Notes under the pieces: model-generated
The model's database searches: none
What the model was told of the DNA's origin: nothing
The model's input: only the letters and a program-made list of their open reading frames with translations
Program-made: the position numbers and the translations under genes
NCBI RefSeq assembly: GCF_963676685.1
Contig: NC_092353.1
Location: 20,307,307-20,371,306, forward strand
Origin: Mytilus edulis
Lineage: Eukaryota
Length of the DNA stretch: 64,000 nt
Direction of reading: 5' to 3'
In this document: positions 48,742 through 58,653 of the stretch, piece after piece
Layout: each line of letters opens with the position of its first letter
How positions within the stretch are numbered: the first letter of the stretch is position 1

Positions 48742-49039
48742 CTGCAATATTCATACATTATGAATTATAGATCACACAAGTCATGATATTTTTAGATGAC
48801 TTAAATGTCATTATCTTTATTTTTACACTGCGTTTTCAGCTTTCTTATTGAAATCAACTGTAAAAGAGTTCTAATGAAAAATACTATTTTACTGATCTTA
48901 TTTCTTTCTACAGCTTATTGTATCCTCTTTTTAATCAAATAAAACTTTCAATAAATCCCACTTAAAAAAAACATAAAACTCTTCTTCAAACAGAAAAATA
49001 GTTACAAAAAAAAGCTTCTTTAATAAGTTTATTATCTAC

Positions 49040-49139
49040 CTTGTTTTCCCACTTTGACTTTGCATGAGAATCAAAATATTCAAAAGAACCTGCTCCAAGT
49101 CTGGACATAGCCTTCAGCACATGTTTGTTAGCAATGGCA
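49040..49139 (-). CDS. VWA5A-like exon
   Basis: 'ctgtttcag|TGCC...' gives '(S)AIANKHVLKAMSRLGAGSFEYFDSHAKSKWENK' + 'AAG|gtagat'. Similar to VWA5A 'TSLIKGIARASGGTSEFITGKDRMQSKALRTLK'. Confidence 0.65.
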
Positions 49140-49510
49140 CTGAAACAGAACAAGTACCTTCATTTATTTTTTCATTCTCTTTAACAAGCAATTAGTCTTT
49201 ATGACAATAAACTTTTTTTTCTTTTTTAAAAATACATACATGATGAAAATATCCAAATTAAAAAGAAATATACATAGCCTTTAATATATGCTTGTTACCA
49301 TAAGGAACATAAAATGTTTAACCTCCCTTGTTTATGAGAACTATTAAAAAGGGAAAAATGTCATTCTTTTTACATTTCAGCAAGCAACTTTTCATTACGG
49401 TAGTAGATATAAATTTAAGTGCCAATCTGCCTAGGAATAAGGCAGTGGTGCAAACATGACAAACAAAAACCTAAATTATCTTTTAATATAAAAGTTTTAT
49501 CTACAGTTAC

Positions 49511-49698
49511 CTAACACCGAATGTAAAGATTCTTGTGTGCTGACAGTTGTCATGAACAGATTTAAGAGTCGTCTCCTCATTGTTAATATGACCGTCAGAT
49601 AATATAAAGACATTTCTCAATGAGTTCTCCGGCTTTAGGAGGAAGAAACTGTGGAGGGGACGATATACTTCTGTGCTACCCATGTTGGCTTGGATATC
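49511..49698 (-). CDS. VWA5A-like exon (VWA domain, second half)
   Basis: 'tttgtttcag|GATATC...' gives 'DIQANMGSTEVYRPLHSFFLLKPENSLRNVFILSDGHINNEETTLKSVHDNCQHTRIFTFGV' + 'AG|gtaact'. Similar to VWA5A 'ADLGGTEILAPLQNIY...LQLFVFTDGEVTDT...RCFSFGIG'. Confidence 0.7.
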
Positions 49699-50391
49699 CT
49701 GAAACAAAAAATACAGAATTAGAGGGAAACAAGCCAAGGTGTATAGAAAAGGATAAGTAATGAGTATGCTTATACCATTTTTAATCTATAATTTATAAAG
49801 ATACTTATACTAATGTTAGATGAAGAAGTCTCATCAAGAGTTACTGTAAACAACAGATTGTAAGTATTTATAAATGCTACTCACTGAATATGAAAAATTT
49901 TTCAATATACAGTACTAGTGTAATCTGTGTTATCCGAAACATTTGGGGACCAGAAAAAAATGTCGGATTGAGCAGGGTGTCGGAATACTCAGTTTTTTTC
50001 TGCAAGGATAGGAATATATTGGGACCATGAAAATGTGTCAGTTAATGCAGGATGTTGGAATACTCAGGTGTGGGATTAGTCAGGTTACACTGTATATACA
50101 TTATTTGATTGATTGATTGTAGGTTGCTTAACAACGAGTGGCAAATATTTCATGCATATCCAGGACGCTTAAACATAAATGAAAAGAAAATTACAAATAA
50201 AAATTTTACACAGAAAGTATATGAGACTTGTTCATCACATTTTAACATTTTTTTTATTTTGCCTTCCCACCAAAAAAAGTTCAGAAACTCTACGCTACCT
50301 CTTTCAATCTGTTTTACATGAGAGGCTGCACGTCAAATTTTAGTGCCCTTGATATAATGCATATTGAACTGAGTTTGAAATTTAAACATAC

Positions 50392-50465
50392 CTTAACAAA
50401 TTGCTCAGCAAATTTCAGCGTTGACTTGGACTTTTTCTGTCCTGCAGGAAATAATTCTCTGTAAC
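50392..50465 (-). CDS. VWA5A-like small exon
   Basis: 'tttaaacag|GTTACAG...' gives '(C)YRELFPAGQKKSKSTLKFAEQFVK' + 'AAG|gtatgt'. Similar to VWA5A 'SYEACFPESVKYTQQTMEEALGRVK'. Bridges the flanking exons with consistent phase. Confidence 0.6.
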
Positions 50466-50795
50466 CTGTTTAAAAGGACAGTTTATAATTACATGTGAAA
50501 CTTTATAGACATTGTTGTTACATATATTGTAAATTAATACTAAGGAACAGTTACAGATGACATATTCATAAAGGATGATGCATTGTTATAGATATATTTT
50601 TAAAGCTGTGACATAAACCTCTTGCACCTTCTGACATTGACCTCTTGCTACCTATGACATTGACCTCTTGCAACCTTTGACATTGACTTATTGCTTCATT
50701 TGACATTGTCAAGAGTTTCTCAAGCATAAAATGTAAGTAAGGATGATCAAGACAGTCATATTATCATATCTTAAGACATCTACTCAAGTACCTAC

Positions 50796-50982
50796 ATGTG
50801 CCAAATACTACAATGTTAAACAGAGTATGTGCTGACAGATGATTCAGTGTTAGCAGCAAAATTTTCTTAGCTTCCTGCAAAGCTTTCCCCTTCATTGAAT
50901 TTGAAAGGTCAAGGACAAGTATTATCTCTGTTTCATTGTCTTCTGCTGCTTCAAATTCTGGATAAAATGTCAACATGGCTGC
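50796..50982 (-). CDS. VWA5A-like exon (VWA domain start with MIDAS motif)
   Basis: 'cattttttag|GCAGCCATG...' gives 'AAMLTFYPEFEAAEDNETEIILVLDLSNSMKGKALQEAKKILLLTLNHLSAHTLFNIVVFGT' + 'T|gtaggt'. D-x-S-x-S present. Similar to VWA5A 'EFIFLMDRSGSM...AKETLILLLKSLPIGCYFNIYGFGS'. Confidence 0.7.
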
Positions 50983-51315
50983 CTAAAAAATGTGAAAGAT
51001 AGAATGTTTATACCAGCAAGAGTACATAACTCTCATTGTTCCTTTTTTTACCCCCTATATAATTGTTGAAAGGTTACAAAGTATGTTCTCTATATAAAAT
51101 TTAGATAAAAAAAAATTTAACAAAATTTGGTTCTGACAATTCACATAAGTAGTTAAAAAGACCATACTTTTTTTTTATCATATGTTTGAAATTATTTAAA
51201 ATGGATATTATAATTTATAATTAATGTTTGGCAGTGAATTGACCTTGAAAAAGTAAATAAAGAAATTGTTTTGCACATACTAAACTAGCTATTTCCCCAT
51301 CTTTTGATAACATAC

Positions 51316-51453
51316 CTCAGTTTGTTTGCCTTCACTATCTACCTCAACCCACATCCTCGGTACATGTATCTCAGCCAGTCCTATCAGTAACTGAAATCCA
51401 TCAGAAATAGTCTGTCCTTCCACCATTGAAACTGTACATCTTGTAGCTGTACT
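51316..51453 (-). CDS. VWA5A-like exon
   Basis: 'tttgtttcag|AGTACAGC...' gives 'STATRCTVSMVEGQTISDGFQLLIGLAEIHVPRMWVEVDSEGKQTE' + 'GAG|gtatgt'. Similar to VWA5A 'SAQVSLAAGHKFDRDVELLIYYNEVHTPSVVLEMG'. Confidence 0.6.
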
Positions 51454-51534
51454 CTGAAACAAAAAAAAAACAAACTTTACTTCATTTCTATATTTTATAT
51501 ATATATATATGCTTACAGAAAATTAATGGGCCCT

Positions 51535-51736
51535 ACTAAAAAGTGCCCGGTAGTGCCCAGTAGAAGAAAAATTGCCCGGGGAAGAAAACTAGAGGCTCTC
51601 AAGAGCCTGTATCGCTCACCTGATTCTACTTGGGTTTTTGAAATCATATAAAAAAATATAAAATTTGGCTAAAAGTGACAACACAACCTCATTTATAAGG
51701 AAAGGAACATGTTTAATTTCATTCAAAAGTCCCCCA
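51535..51736 (+). other. Putative left arm of the family B element preceding the 166 bp satellite
   Basis: 'gtgcccggtagtgcccagtagaagaaaaattgcccggggaagaaaactagaggctctcaagagcct...'. The motif 'gcccggggaagaaaa' recurs in tandem at 53950-54050 and inverted at 54715-54830. Confidence 0.3.
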
Positions 51737-53855
51737 CTGGCGGCCATCTTGGATGACGGATCGGCTACAAAGTAACAACACTTGGTCAGCACCTCATAAG
51801 GAACATTCATGCCATGTTTGGTTTTATTCCATTCAGTGGTTCTCTAAAAGAAGTTATTTGTATGCATTTCCCATAGGGTCCTATGTTAAACTAAGTCCTC
51901 TGCTGGCGGCCATCTTGGATGATGGATCGGCTACAAAGTAACAACACTTGGTCAGCACCTCATAAGGAACATTCATGCAATGTTTGGTTTTATTCCATTC
52001 AGTGGTTCTCTAAAAGAAGTCATTTGTATGCATTTCCCATAGGGTCCTATGTTAAACTAAGTCCCCCGCTGGCGGCAATCTTGGATAATGGATTGGCTAC
52101 AAAGTAACAACACTTGGTCAGCACCACATTAGGAACATTCATGCCATGTTTGATTTCATTCCATTCAATGGTTCTCTAAAAGAAGTCATTTGTATGCATT
52201 TCCCATAGGGTCCTATGTTAAACTAAGTCCCACGCTGGCGGCCATCTTGGATGATGGATCGGCTACAAAGTAACAAAACTTGGTCAGCACCACATAAGGA
52301 ACATTCATGCAATGTTTGGTTTCATTCCATTCAGTGGTTCACTAGAAGAAGTGATTTGTATGCATTTCCAATAGGGTCCTATGTTAAACTAAGTCCCCCG
52401 CTGGCGGCCATCTTGGATAATGGATCAGCTACAAAGTAACAACACTTGGTCAGCACTCCATAAGGAACATTCATGCTATGTTTGCTTTAATTCCATTTAG
52501 TGGTTCTCTAGAAGAAGTCATTTGTATGCATTTCCCATAGGGTCCTATGTTAAACTAAGTCCGCCGCTGGCGGCCATCTTGGATGATGGATCGGCTACAA
52601 AGTAACAACACTTGGTCAGCACCCCATAAGGAACATTCATGCTATGTTTGGTTTTATTCCATTCAGTGGTCTTCTAAAAGAAGTCATTTGTATGCATTTC
52701 CCATAGGGTCCTATGTTAAACTAAGTCCCCGGCTGGCGGCCATCTTGGATGATGGATCAGCAACAAAGTAACAACACTTGGTCAGCACCTCATAAGGAAC
52801 ATTCATGCCATGTTTGGTTTCATTCCATTTAGTGGTTCTCTAAAAGAAGTCATTTGTATGCATTTCCCATAGGGTCCTATGTTAAACTAAGTCCCCCGCT
52901 GACGGCCATCTTGGATGATGGATCGGCTACAAAGTAACAACACTTGGTCAGCACCCCATAAGGAACATTCATGCTATGTTTGGTTTTATTCCATTCAGTG
53001 GTTCTCTAAAAGAAGTCATTTGTATGCATTTCCCATAGGGTCCTATGTTAAACTAAGTCCCCGGCTGGGGGCCATCTTTGATGATGGATCGGCTACAAAA
53101 TAACAACACTTGGTCAGCACCACATAAGGAACATTCATGCCATGTTTGGTTTCATTCCATTCAGTGGTTCACTAGAAGAAGTCATTTGTATGCATTTCCA
53201 ATAGGGTCCTATGTTAAACTAAGTCCCTGCTGGCGGCCATCTTGGATAATGGATCGGCTACAAAGTAACAACAATTGGTCAGCACTCCATAAGAAACATT
53301 CATGCAATGTTTGGTTTCATTCCATTTAGTGGTTCTCTAGAAGAAGTCATTTGTATGCATTTCCCATAGGGTCCTATGTTAAACTAAGTCCCCCGCTGGC
53401 GGCCATCTTGGATGATGGATCGGCTACAAAGTAACAACACTTGGTCAGCACCCCATAAGGATAATTCATGCTATGTTTGGTTTTATTCCATTCAGTGGTT
53501 CTCTAAAAGAAGTCATTTGTATGCATTTCCCATAGGGTCCTATGTTAAACTAAGTCCCCGGCTGGCGGCCATCTTGGATGATGGATCGGCAACAAAGTAA
53601 CAACACTTGGTCAGCACCTCATAAGGAACATTCATGCCATGTTTGGTTTCATTCCATTCAGTGGTTCTCTAAAAGAAGTCATTTGTATGCATTTCCCATA
53701 GCGTCCTATGTTAAACTGAGTCCCCCGCTGGCGGCCATCTTGGATGATGGATCGGCTACAAAGTAACAACACTTGGTCAGCACCTCATAAGGAACATTCA
53801 TGCCATGTTTGGTTCCATTCCATTCAGTGGTTCTCTAGAAGAAGTTCAAAATGTA
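51737..53855. repeat. 166 bp satellite, ~13 monomers, organised as a 332 bp dimeric higher-order repeat
   Basis: Monomer 'ctggcggccatcttggatgatggatcggctacaaagtaacaacacttggtcagcacctcataaggaacattcatgc(c/a)atgtttggtt...catttcccatagggtcctatgttaaactaagtcc'. Alternate monomers differ (gatgatggatcggc versus gataatggattggc). The 62-aa ORFs listed every 332 bp are repeat artefacts (166 bp monomers; reading frames are not continuous across units). Confidence 0.9.
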
Positions 53856-53864
53856 AATTGTTAA

Positions 53865-53945
53865 CGACGACGACGACGGACGACGACGACGGACGACAAG
53901 TGGTGAGAAAAGCTCACTTGGCCCTTCGGGCCAGGTGAGCTAGAA
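53865..53945 (+). other. Family B element 3' terminus: (GACGAC)n, 14 bp-stem hairpin 'agctcacttggccc-ttc-gggccaggtgagct', tail 'agaaa'
   Basis: Direct reading. Stem has 1 mismatch. Homologous to 24128-24200. Confidence 0.5.
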
Positions 53946-54830
53946 ACAGTGCCTGGGGAAAAGAAAAAGCGCCCCATGTAGAAAAAACAGCGCCCGGGGA
54001 AAAGAAAATGCGCCTGGGAAAGAAAAGGCGCCCAGGGAAATTTTATAGATATTGTATTGGCATGAGACAACTTTGTGTCGATGAAATAAGTTATGCACAT
54101 TGATTTTTTTTTCTAATTTCAGACAAGTATTTTGCAAATTCAGATAATAGAGATATATAATAAAGCATAAAAACAAGTATGAATGTTTCAATTTTAACAA
54201 TAATATATGAATACTATTTCAAAAGACAGATAAAAATGAATCGATCACAGTTTATGCTATAGATTTATAAAATGTAAGACATCAAAAGACATGTTTTTTA
54301 AGAATGATTTAAAAAAAAAATGCAAAATCAACAGTGTGTACAGTTAACGATTGTTAAAAAAATGAAAACGGATGTAGAATAATGAAATATTAAAATTCCA
54401 TAAGCGTACCTTTTGCATTGTCTGAACAGAACGTTTTATTATTTTCTCTTTATTATTTATATAATATATTACAAATCTCATCTCTGTCAATCGTAATAAA
54501 GCTGATGTGTATGTGTATTAATCTGACTGGTCATTGGAAAAAAACACTTTGCATGAATAATTCACATTTTTTGTCTGTGGTGAGGAACATCTCAGGCAAA
54601 GTTTGTCAATTCCAGATCGTAGCATCGTACATATCCCCATTTATATAAGGACAAAACAAGCAATGATTTTTTTTCTTCAGGAAAATATTTATTGTTATCA
54701 TACATATTATTATTTTATTCTCCCAGGCGCCTTTTCTTTTCCCCGGGCGCTGTTTTTTCTTCCCCGGGCGCTTTTTCTTTTCTCCGGGCGCTTTTTCTTC
54801 ACCCGGGCGCTCCTGAGCGCTTTTTAGTAC
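53945..54830. mobile_element. Foldback-like structure: inverted arrays of ~25 bp G/C-rich sub-repeats flanking ~665 bp
   Basis: 53950-54050 '(gtgcctggggaaaagaaaaa)(gcgccccatgtagaaaaaaca)(gcgcccggggaaaagaaaat)(gcgcctgggaaagaaaag)(gcgcccagggaaatttt)' versus 54715-54830 'ctcccaggcgccttttcttttccccgggcgctgttttttcttccccgggcgctttttcttttctccgggcgctttttcttcacccgggcgc' (reverse-complement arrangement). No ORF inside. Confidence 0.35.
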
Positions 54831-55113
54831 GACCGTAATTAATCAATATAAAGCTATATTATTATTCCATTCAATTCATATTTTGTATTTTTTCAAAATA
54901 GAACTGAACTGTTAACTGCTGTTGCTATTATCATAATATTCTTTTGAATATCAAACGAGTCAAATTTGGCAGTCTTCAAATATCTATTGAAAATGATGAA
55001 GTTAACAAAAACACAATCAAAAAAGCAAATCTGCTGATAAAAAAGAAAGTCTAGAAGAATGAAGAATGCTATTTGTAAATCTTATGATACTTATGGTTTT
55101 CTAATCCATCAAG

Positions 55114-56772
55114 CTAACCAGATGCTCTGCAGGGTGCAGCTTTATATGACCGCAGAGGTCGAACCCTGAACAGTTGGGGCAAGTATGGACACAACATTTA
55201 AGCTTGATCAAATAATTAACACAATATAGGTTTCTGACACAGAATGAATGTGGTCTAAGAACTTAAACTTAAAAACTTAAAAATTTTAAATTGGACATTT
55301 ACCTATTATGGTCCAATATCCAAAATCTAAATACATGGTTAGATTCAGCATATCATAGAACCCCAAGAATTCAATTTTTGATGAAATCAAATAATGTTCA
55401 ATTTTAGACCCTTTAGACCTCAATGTGGACCAATTTGATAACCGGGTCTAAATATTAAAAATCTAAATACATGGTAAGATTCAGCATATTGAAGAACCCC
55501 ATATATTCAATTTTTGTTGAAATCAAACAAAGTTTAATTTTTGACCCTTTGGACCTTAATGTAGACCAATTTGAAAACGGGACAATACTGTGCAATTGAA
55601 TATTTCTTGCTATTGCGCAAAACTATGAAATTGAAAATATCTTGCTATTGCGCAATATTGTGCAATTAGATATTTCTTGCTATTGCACAATACTGTGCAA
55701 TTGAAGATTTCTTGCTATTGCGCAATACTGTGCAATTGAAAATTTCTTGCTATTGCACAATACTGTGCAATTGAAGATTTTTTGCTATTGCGGAATACTG
55801 TGCAATTAAAAATTTCTTGCTATTGCACGATACTAAATATAATAATTTTGGACCTCGATTTGGACCAACTTGAAAACTGGGCCCATAATTTAAAATTTAA
55901 GTACATGTTCAGATTCAGCATATATCAAAGAACCTCAATTTTTGTTCAAATCAAGCTAAGTTTAATTTTGGACCCTTTGGGCCTTAATGCAGACCAATTT
56001 GAAAACAGGACCAACAAGAATGTGTCCCCAGTACACGAATGCCCCACTCGCACTATCATTTTCTATGTTCAGTGGACCGTGAAATTGGGGTAAAACCCTC
56101 TAATTTGGCATTAAAATTAAAAAGATCATATCATAGGAAACATGTATACTAAGTTTGAAGTCGATTGGACTTCAACTTCGTCATAAACTACCTTGACCAA
56201 AAACTTTAACCTGAAGAGGGACAGACGGACGAAGGAACAGATGGACGGACGAACGAACGGGCGCACAGACCAGAAAACATAATGCCCCTCTACTATCGTA
56301 GGTGGGGCATAAAAATTAAGAATCTGAATACACGGTTAGATTTGGCATATCAAAGAACCCCAATAATTCATTTTTGATGAAATCAAACAAGTTACTTTTG
56401 GACCCTTTTGGCCCCTAATTCATTGTCACCAAAACTCCCAAAATCAATCCAAACCTTCCTTTAGTGGTCATAAACCTTGTGTTAAAATTTCATAGATTTC
56501 TATTAACTTATACTAAAGTTATTGTGCAAAAACCAAGAAAAATGCTTATTTGGGATCTGTTTTTGGTCCCTAATTCCTAAACTGTTGGGACCAAAACACC
56601 CAAAATCAATCCCAACCTTCCTTTTATGGTCAGGTTTATATTTCATAGATTTCTGTTTACTTTTACTAAAGTTAGAGTGCGAAAACCAAATATCTTTGAT
56701 GACGCTGACGCTGATGCCAACGTGATACCAATATACGACCAAAAAATTTTCAATTTTTGCGGTCGTATAAAA
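55114..56772. mobile_element. Family A tandem-repeat-carrying element, copy 2, with a nested MITE insertion
   Basis: Left arm 'gctaaccagatgctctgcagggtgcagctttatatgaccgcagaggtcgaaccctgaacagttggggcaagtatggaca' matches 10287-10365. ~122 bp units at 55270-55590 and 55850-56030; 40 bp units at 55590-55840; ~155 bp units at 56340-56690; (GAC/GCT)n at 56695-56725; hairpin 'caatatacgacc...gcggtcgtataaaa' at 56735-56772. Lies within the 51453-56897 intron of the VWA5A-like gene. Confidence 0.5.
56035..56313 (+). mobile_element. Nested copy of the ~300 bp MITE/SINE-like element (same family as 14348-14653) inserted into a 122 bp unit of the family A array
   Basis: The host unit 'ggaccaaaaattaag' becomes 'ggaccaa[caagaatgtgtcc...gtaggtggggcat]aaaaattaag'; the insertion is absent from copy 1 (10287-12575). 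An A-run expansion by 2 is consistent with a 2 bp (AA) TSD. Confidence 0.5.
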
Positions 56773-56896
56773 AGGAGCTTGAACATATCAGACATTTCAA
56801 AAAACTCAATTTGTCAAAATTTGAAAGCTTTTCATAGCTGAAAAATAAAACCATGCACAGAAAAATTCTTGAAGCAACATAAAGAGAGTTACTTAC

Positions 56897-56986
56897 CTTT
56901 TTCATAATTTTATGAGTTGGACATGTTACTGTTCTGATATCAAATGGCATCTGTATTGACACTTGGATGGTACAGCTGTCATCATC
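56897..56986 (-). CDS. VWA5A-like exon (VIT domain, part)
   Basis: 'tgtattacag|GATGAT...' gives 'DDDSCTIQVSIQMPFDIRTVTCPTHKIMKK' + 'AAG|gtaagt'. Similar to VWA5A 'SKDSCLNVKTPIVPVED...IEKVQSNCPLSPTEY'. Confidence 0.6.
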
Positions 56987-57299
56987 CTGTAATACATGTA
57001 CAATGATAACATACGTGTTTCAATATAACTTTAACTCACCTCTCTGTCCAATATAAAATTCTAAGTGTAAAATGAATTCTGTAGATACAAATAAACTTTC
57101 CTGCTATGATAAACTTAGATTTCACTTTTTTACAAATGGTTTCATTTAATATCATCATCTTCCAAAAATATATCCCTTTACCAGTAGCGGATCCAGAAAT
57201 TTTAATAAGTGGTGGCCCACTGACTGCTTAAGACGGGGCCTCTCCGGTTACGCTTCAGTGATTTATTATTTTACCCTATGCTATTGTTATCTCCCTTAC

Positions 57300-57485
57300 T
57301 TCAGTATTACTGGCTTCCTGTTTCCAAGGAGCCACAGATCCAGGAATTGTGAAGTTGATCAATTCTCCTTCTACTTGTAATTCTGATACATAAGTTATTT
57401 TGATAAGGGCCACACACCCTGGTGGCAAATTACCCACACTGACAGTAAATACATCCTGCAAAAAACAAGAAGGATTTATTAGTAA
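57300..57485 (-). CDS. VWA5A-like exon (VIT domain core); 5' boundary approximate
   Basis: '...KLLINPSCFLQDVFTVSVGNLPPGCVALIKITYVSELQVEGELINFTIPGSVAPWKQEASNTE' + 'GAA|gtaagg'. Similar to VWA5A 'AFLLEEDDYSRDVFSCNVGNLQPGAKVAVTLRYVQELPLEADGALRYLLPAILNPRY'. More 5' exons not located in this window. Confidence 0.65.
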
Positions 57486-57944
57486 CTTTTCTTCAAAAAA
57501 AGACACATAACATATAGCCTACAAATTATAACAGTATATCATAAATCTTCAGTTTAGTCTTAGATACATGATTTTTTGTATTAGTTGTTAGAAGCTTTGA
57601 ACTAGCTGTCAGATAACTGCGAGTACTCTCAGATCTGTTCCTTAAATGTCTTTTTGTTGTCGGGATGTACAAGTACTCGGACTACGTCCACTTGTATTTT
57701 TGTCCATCTGATGAGTTAAGCCTTTCTCAACAGATTTTTATAGTTCGTTCTTTATATGTTGTTCTGTTATACCACTGTCCCAGGTTAGGGGAGGGTTGGG
57801 ATCCCGCTAACATGTTTAACCCGGCCACATTATTTATGTATGAGCCTTACCCAAGTCTGGAGCCTGTAATTCAGTGGTTGTCATTTGTTTATGTGTTACA
57901 TATTTGTTTTTCATTTATTTTTTTATATAAATAACTTTTATAAG

Positions 57945-58135
57945 GCCGTTAGTTTTCTCATTTGAATTGTTTTACATTGACATATAGGGGCTTTTTATAG
58001 CTGACTATGCGGTATGGGCTTTGCTCTTTGTTGAAGGCCGTATGGTGACCTATAGTTGTCAATTGTCTGTATCATTTTGGTCTCTTTTGGACAGTAATGT
58101 CTTATTGGTAATCATACCACATCTTCTTTTTTACA
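57945..58135 (+). mobile_element. SINE family copy
   Basis: 'aaggccgttagttttctcatttgaattgttttacattgacatataggggctttttatagctgactatgcggtatgggctttgctctttgttgaaggccgtatggtgacctatagttgtc...ttttggacagtaatgtcttattggtaatcataccacatcttc'. Confidence 0.6.
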
Positions 58136-58148
58136 TTCACTATATTAA

Positions 58149-58653
58149 CCCTTTCAACGCTATACACGGCATATGCCGCGATGACATACGCCGTCCGCCA
58201 CTGCTATTCGCGGAAAACGGAGGTTGACTGAAAATTTTGAGGACGGAGCCACTGATTTGTGTCAAGATTACATAATACGTTGTGAATGGTGCTATACGCT
58301 ACGGAATCGAGCAATTGGTGTCTTCTTTATTATATGGCAGATAAAACAACAAAATAGATGAAGACTAAAAGTAGTTTTTATTCCAAATTCAACACAAATG
58401 TAATAAATTACACCTTTTACCTGTTAATTACATGAAAATGCAGGTAACCTGATAAAAATTTTACTGAAATAACTGCCCAACATTACAGTTCATACTCTCC
58501 TGAGCATTTTTCATGCAATAACTTTCTCTGTATATCTTATAATAAAAAAGATACAGCAGTCTGAAAAGGAATATACTGTTCTAATGAATGAACACAAAAA
58601 AAATGCAGCAGCAGCAGCCATTTTTCTATTTTTTTTGTGTAGCGTTGAAAGGG
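58149..58653. mobile_element. piggyBac-like MITE (505 bp) with TTAA target-site duplications
   Basis: Left 'TTAA|ccctttcaacgctatacacggc', right 'gtgtagcgttgaaaggg|TTAA' (reverse complement 'ccctttcaacgctacac'). TIR is ~17 bp starting CCC, as in piggyBac TIRs (CCCT...). No ORF inside. Confidence 0.45.

Noticed and set aside
49699-49740. Extension of exon 49511-49698 upstream to include an 'ACFP' match to VWA5A
   Set aside because: That stretch (ttccctctaattctgtattttttgtttcag) is a textbook polypyrimidine tract plus AG. The true 'YRELFP' homologue was found as a separate exon at 50392-50465, with phases that fit.
51753-53938. Series of ~62-aa ORFs 'MMDRLQSNNTWSAPHKEHS...' recurring every 332 bp
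   Set aside because: They are the same 166 bp satellite monomer read in one open frame. 166 is not a multiple of 3, so the frame is not continuous across units. Several 'M' starts are simply ATGATGG inside the monomer.
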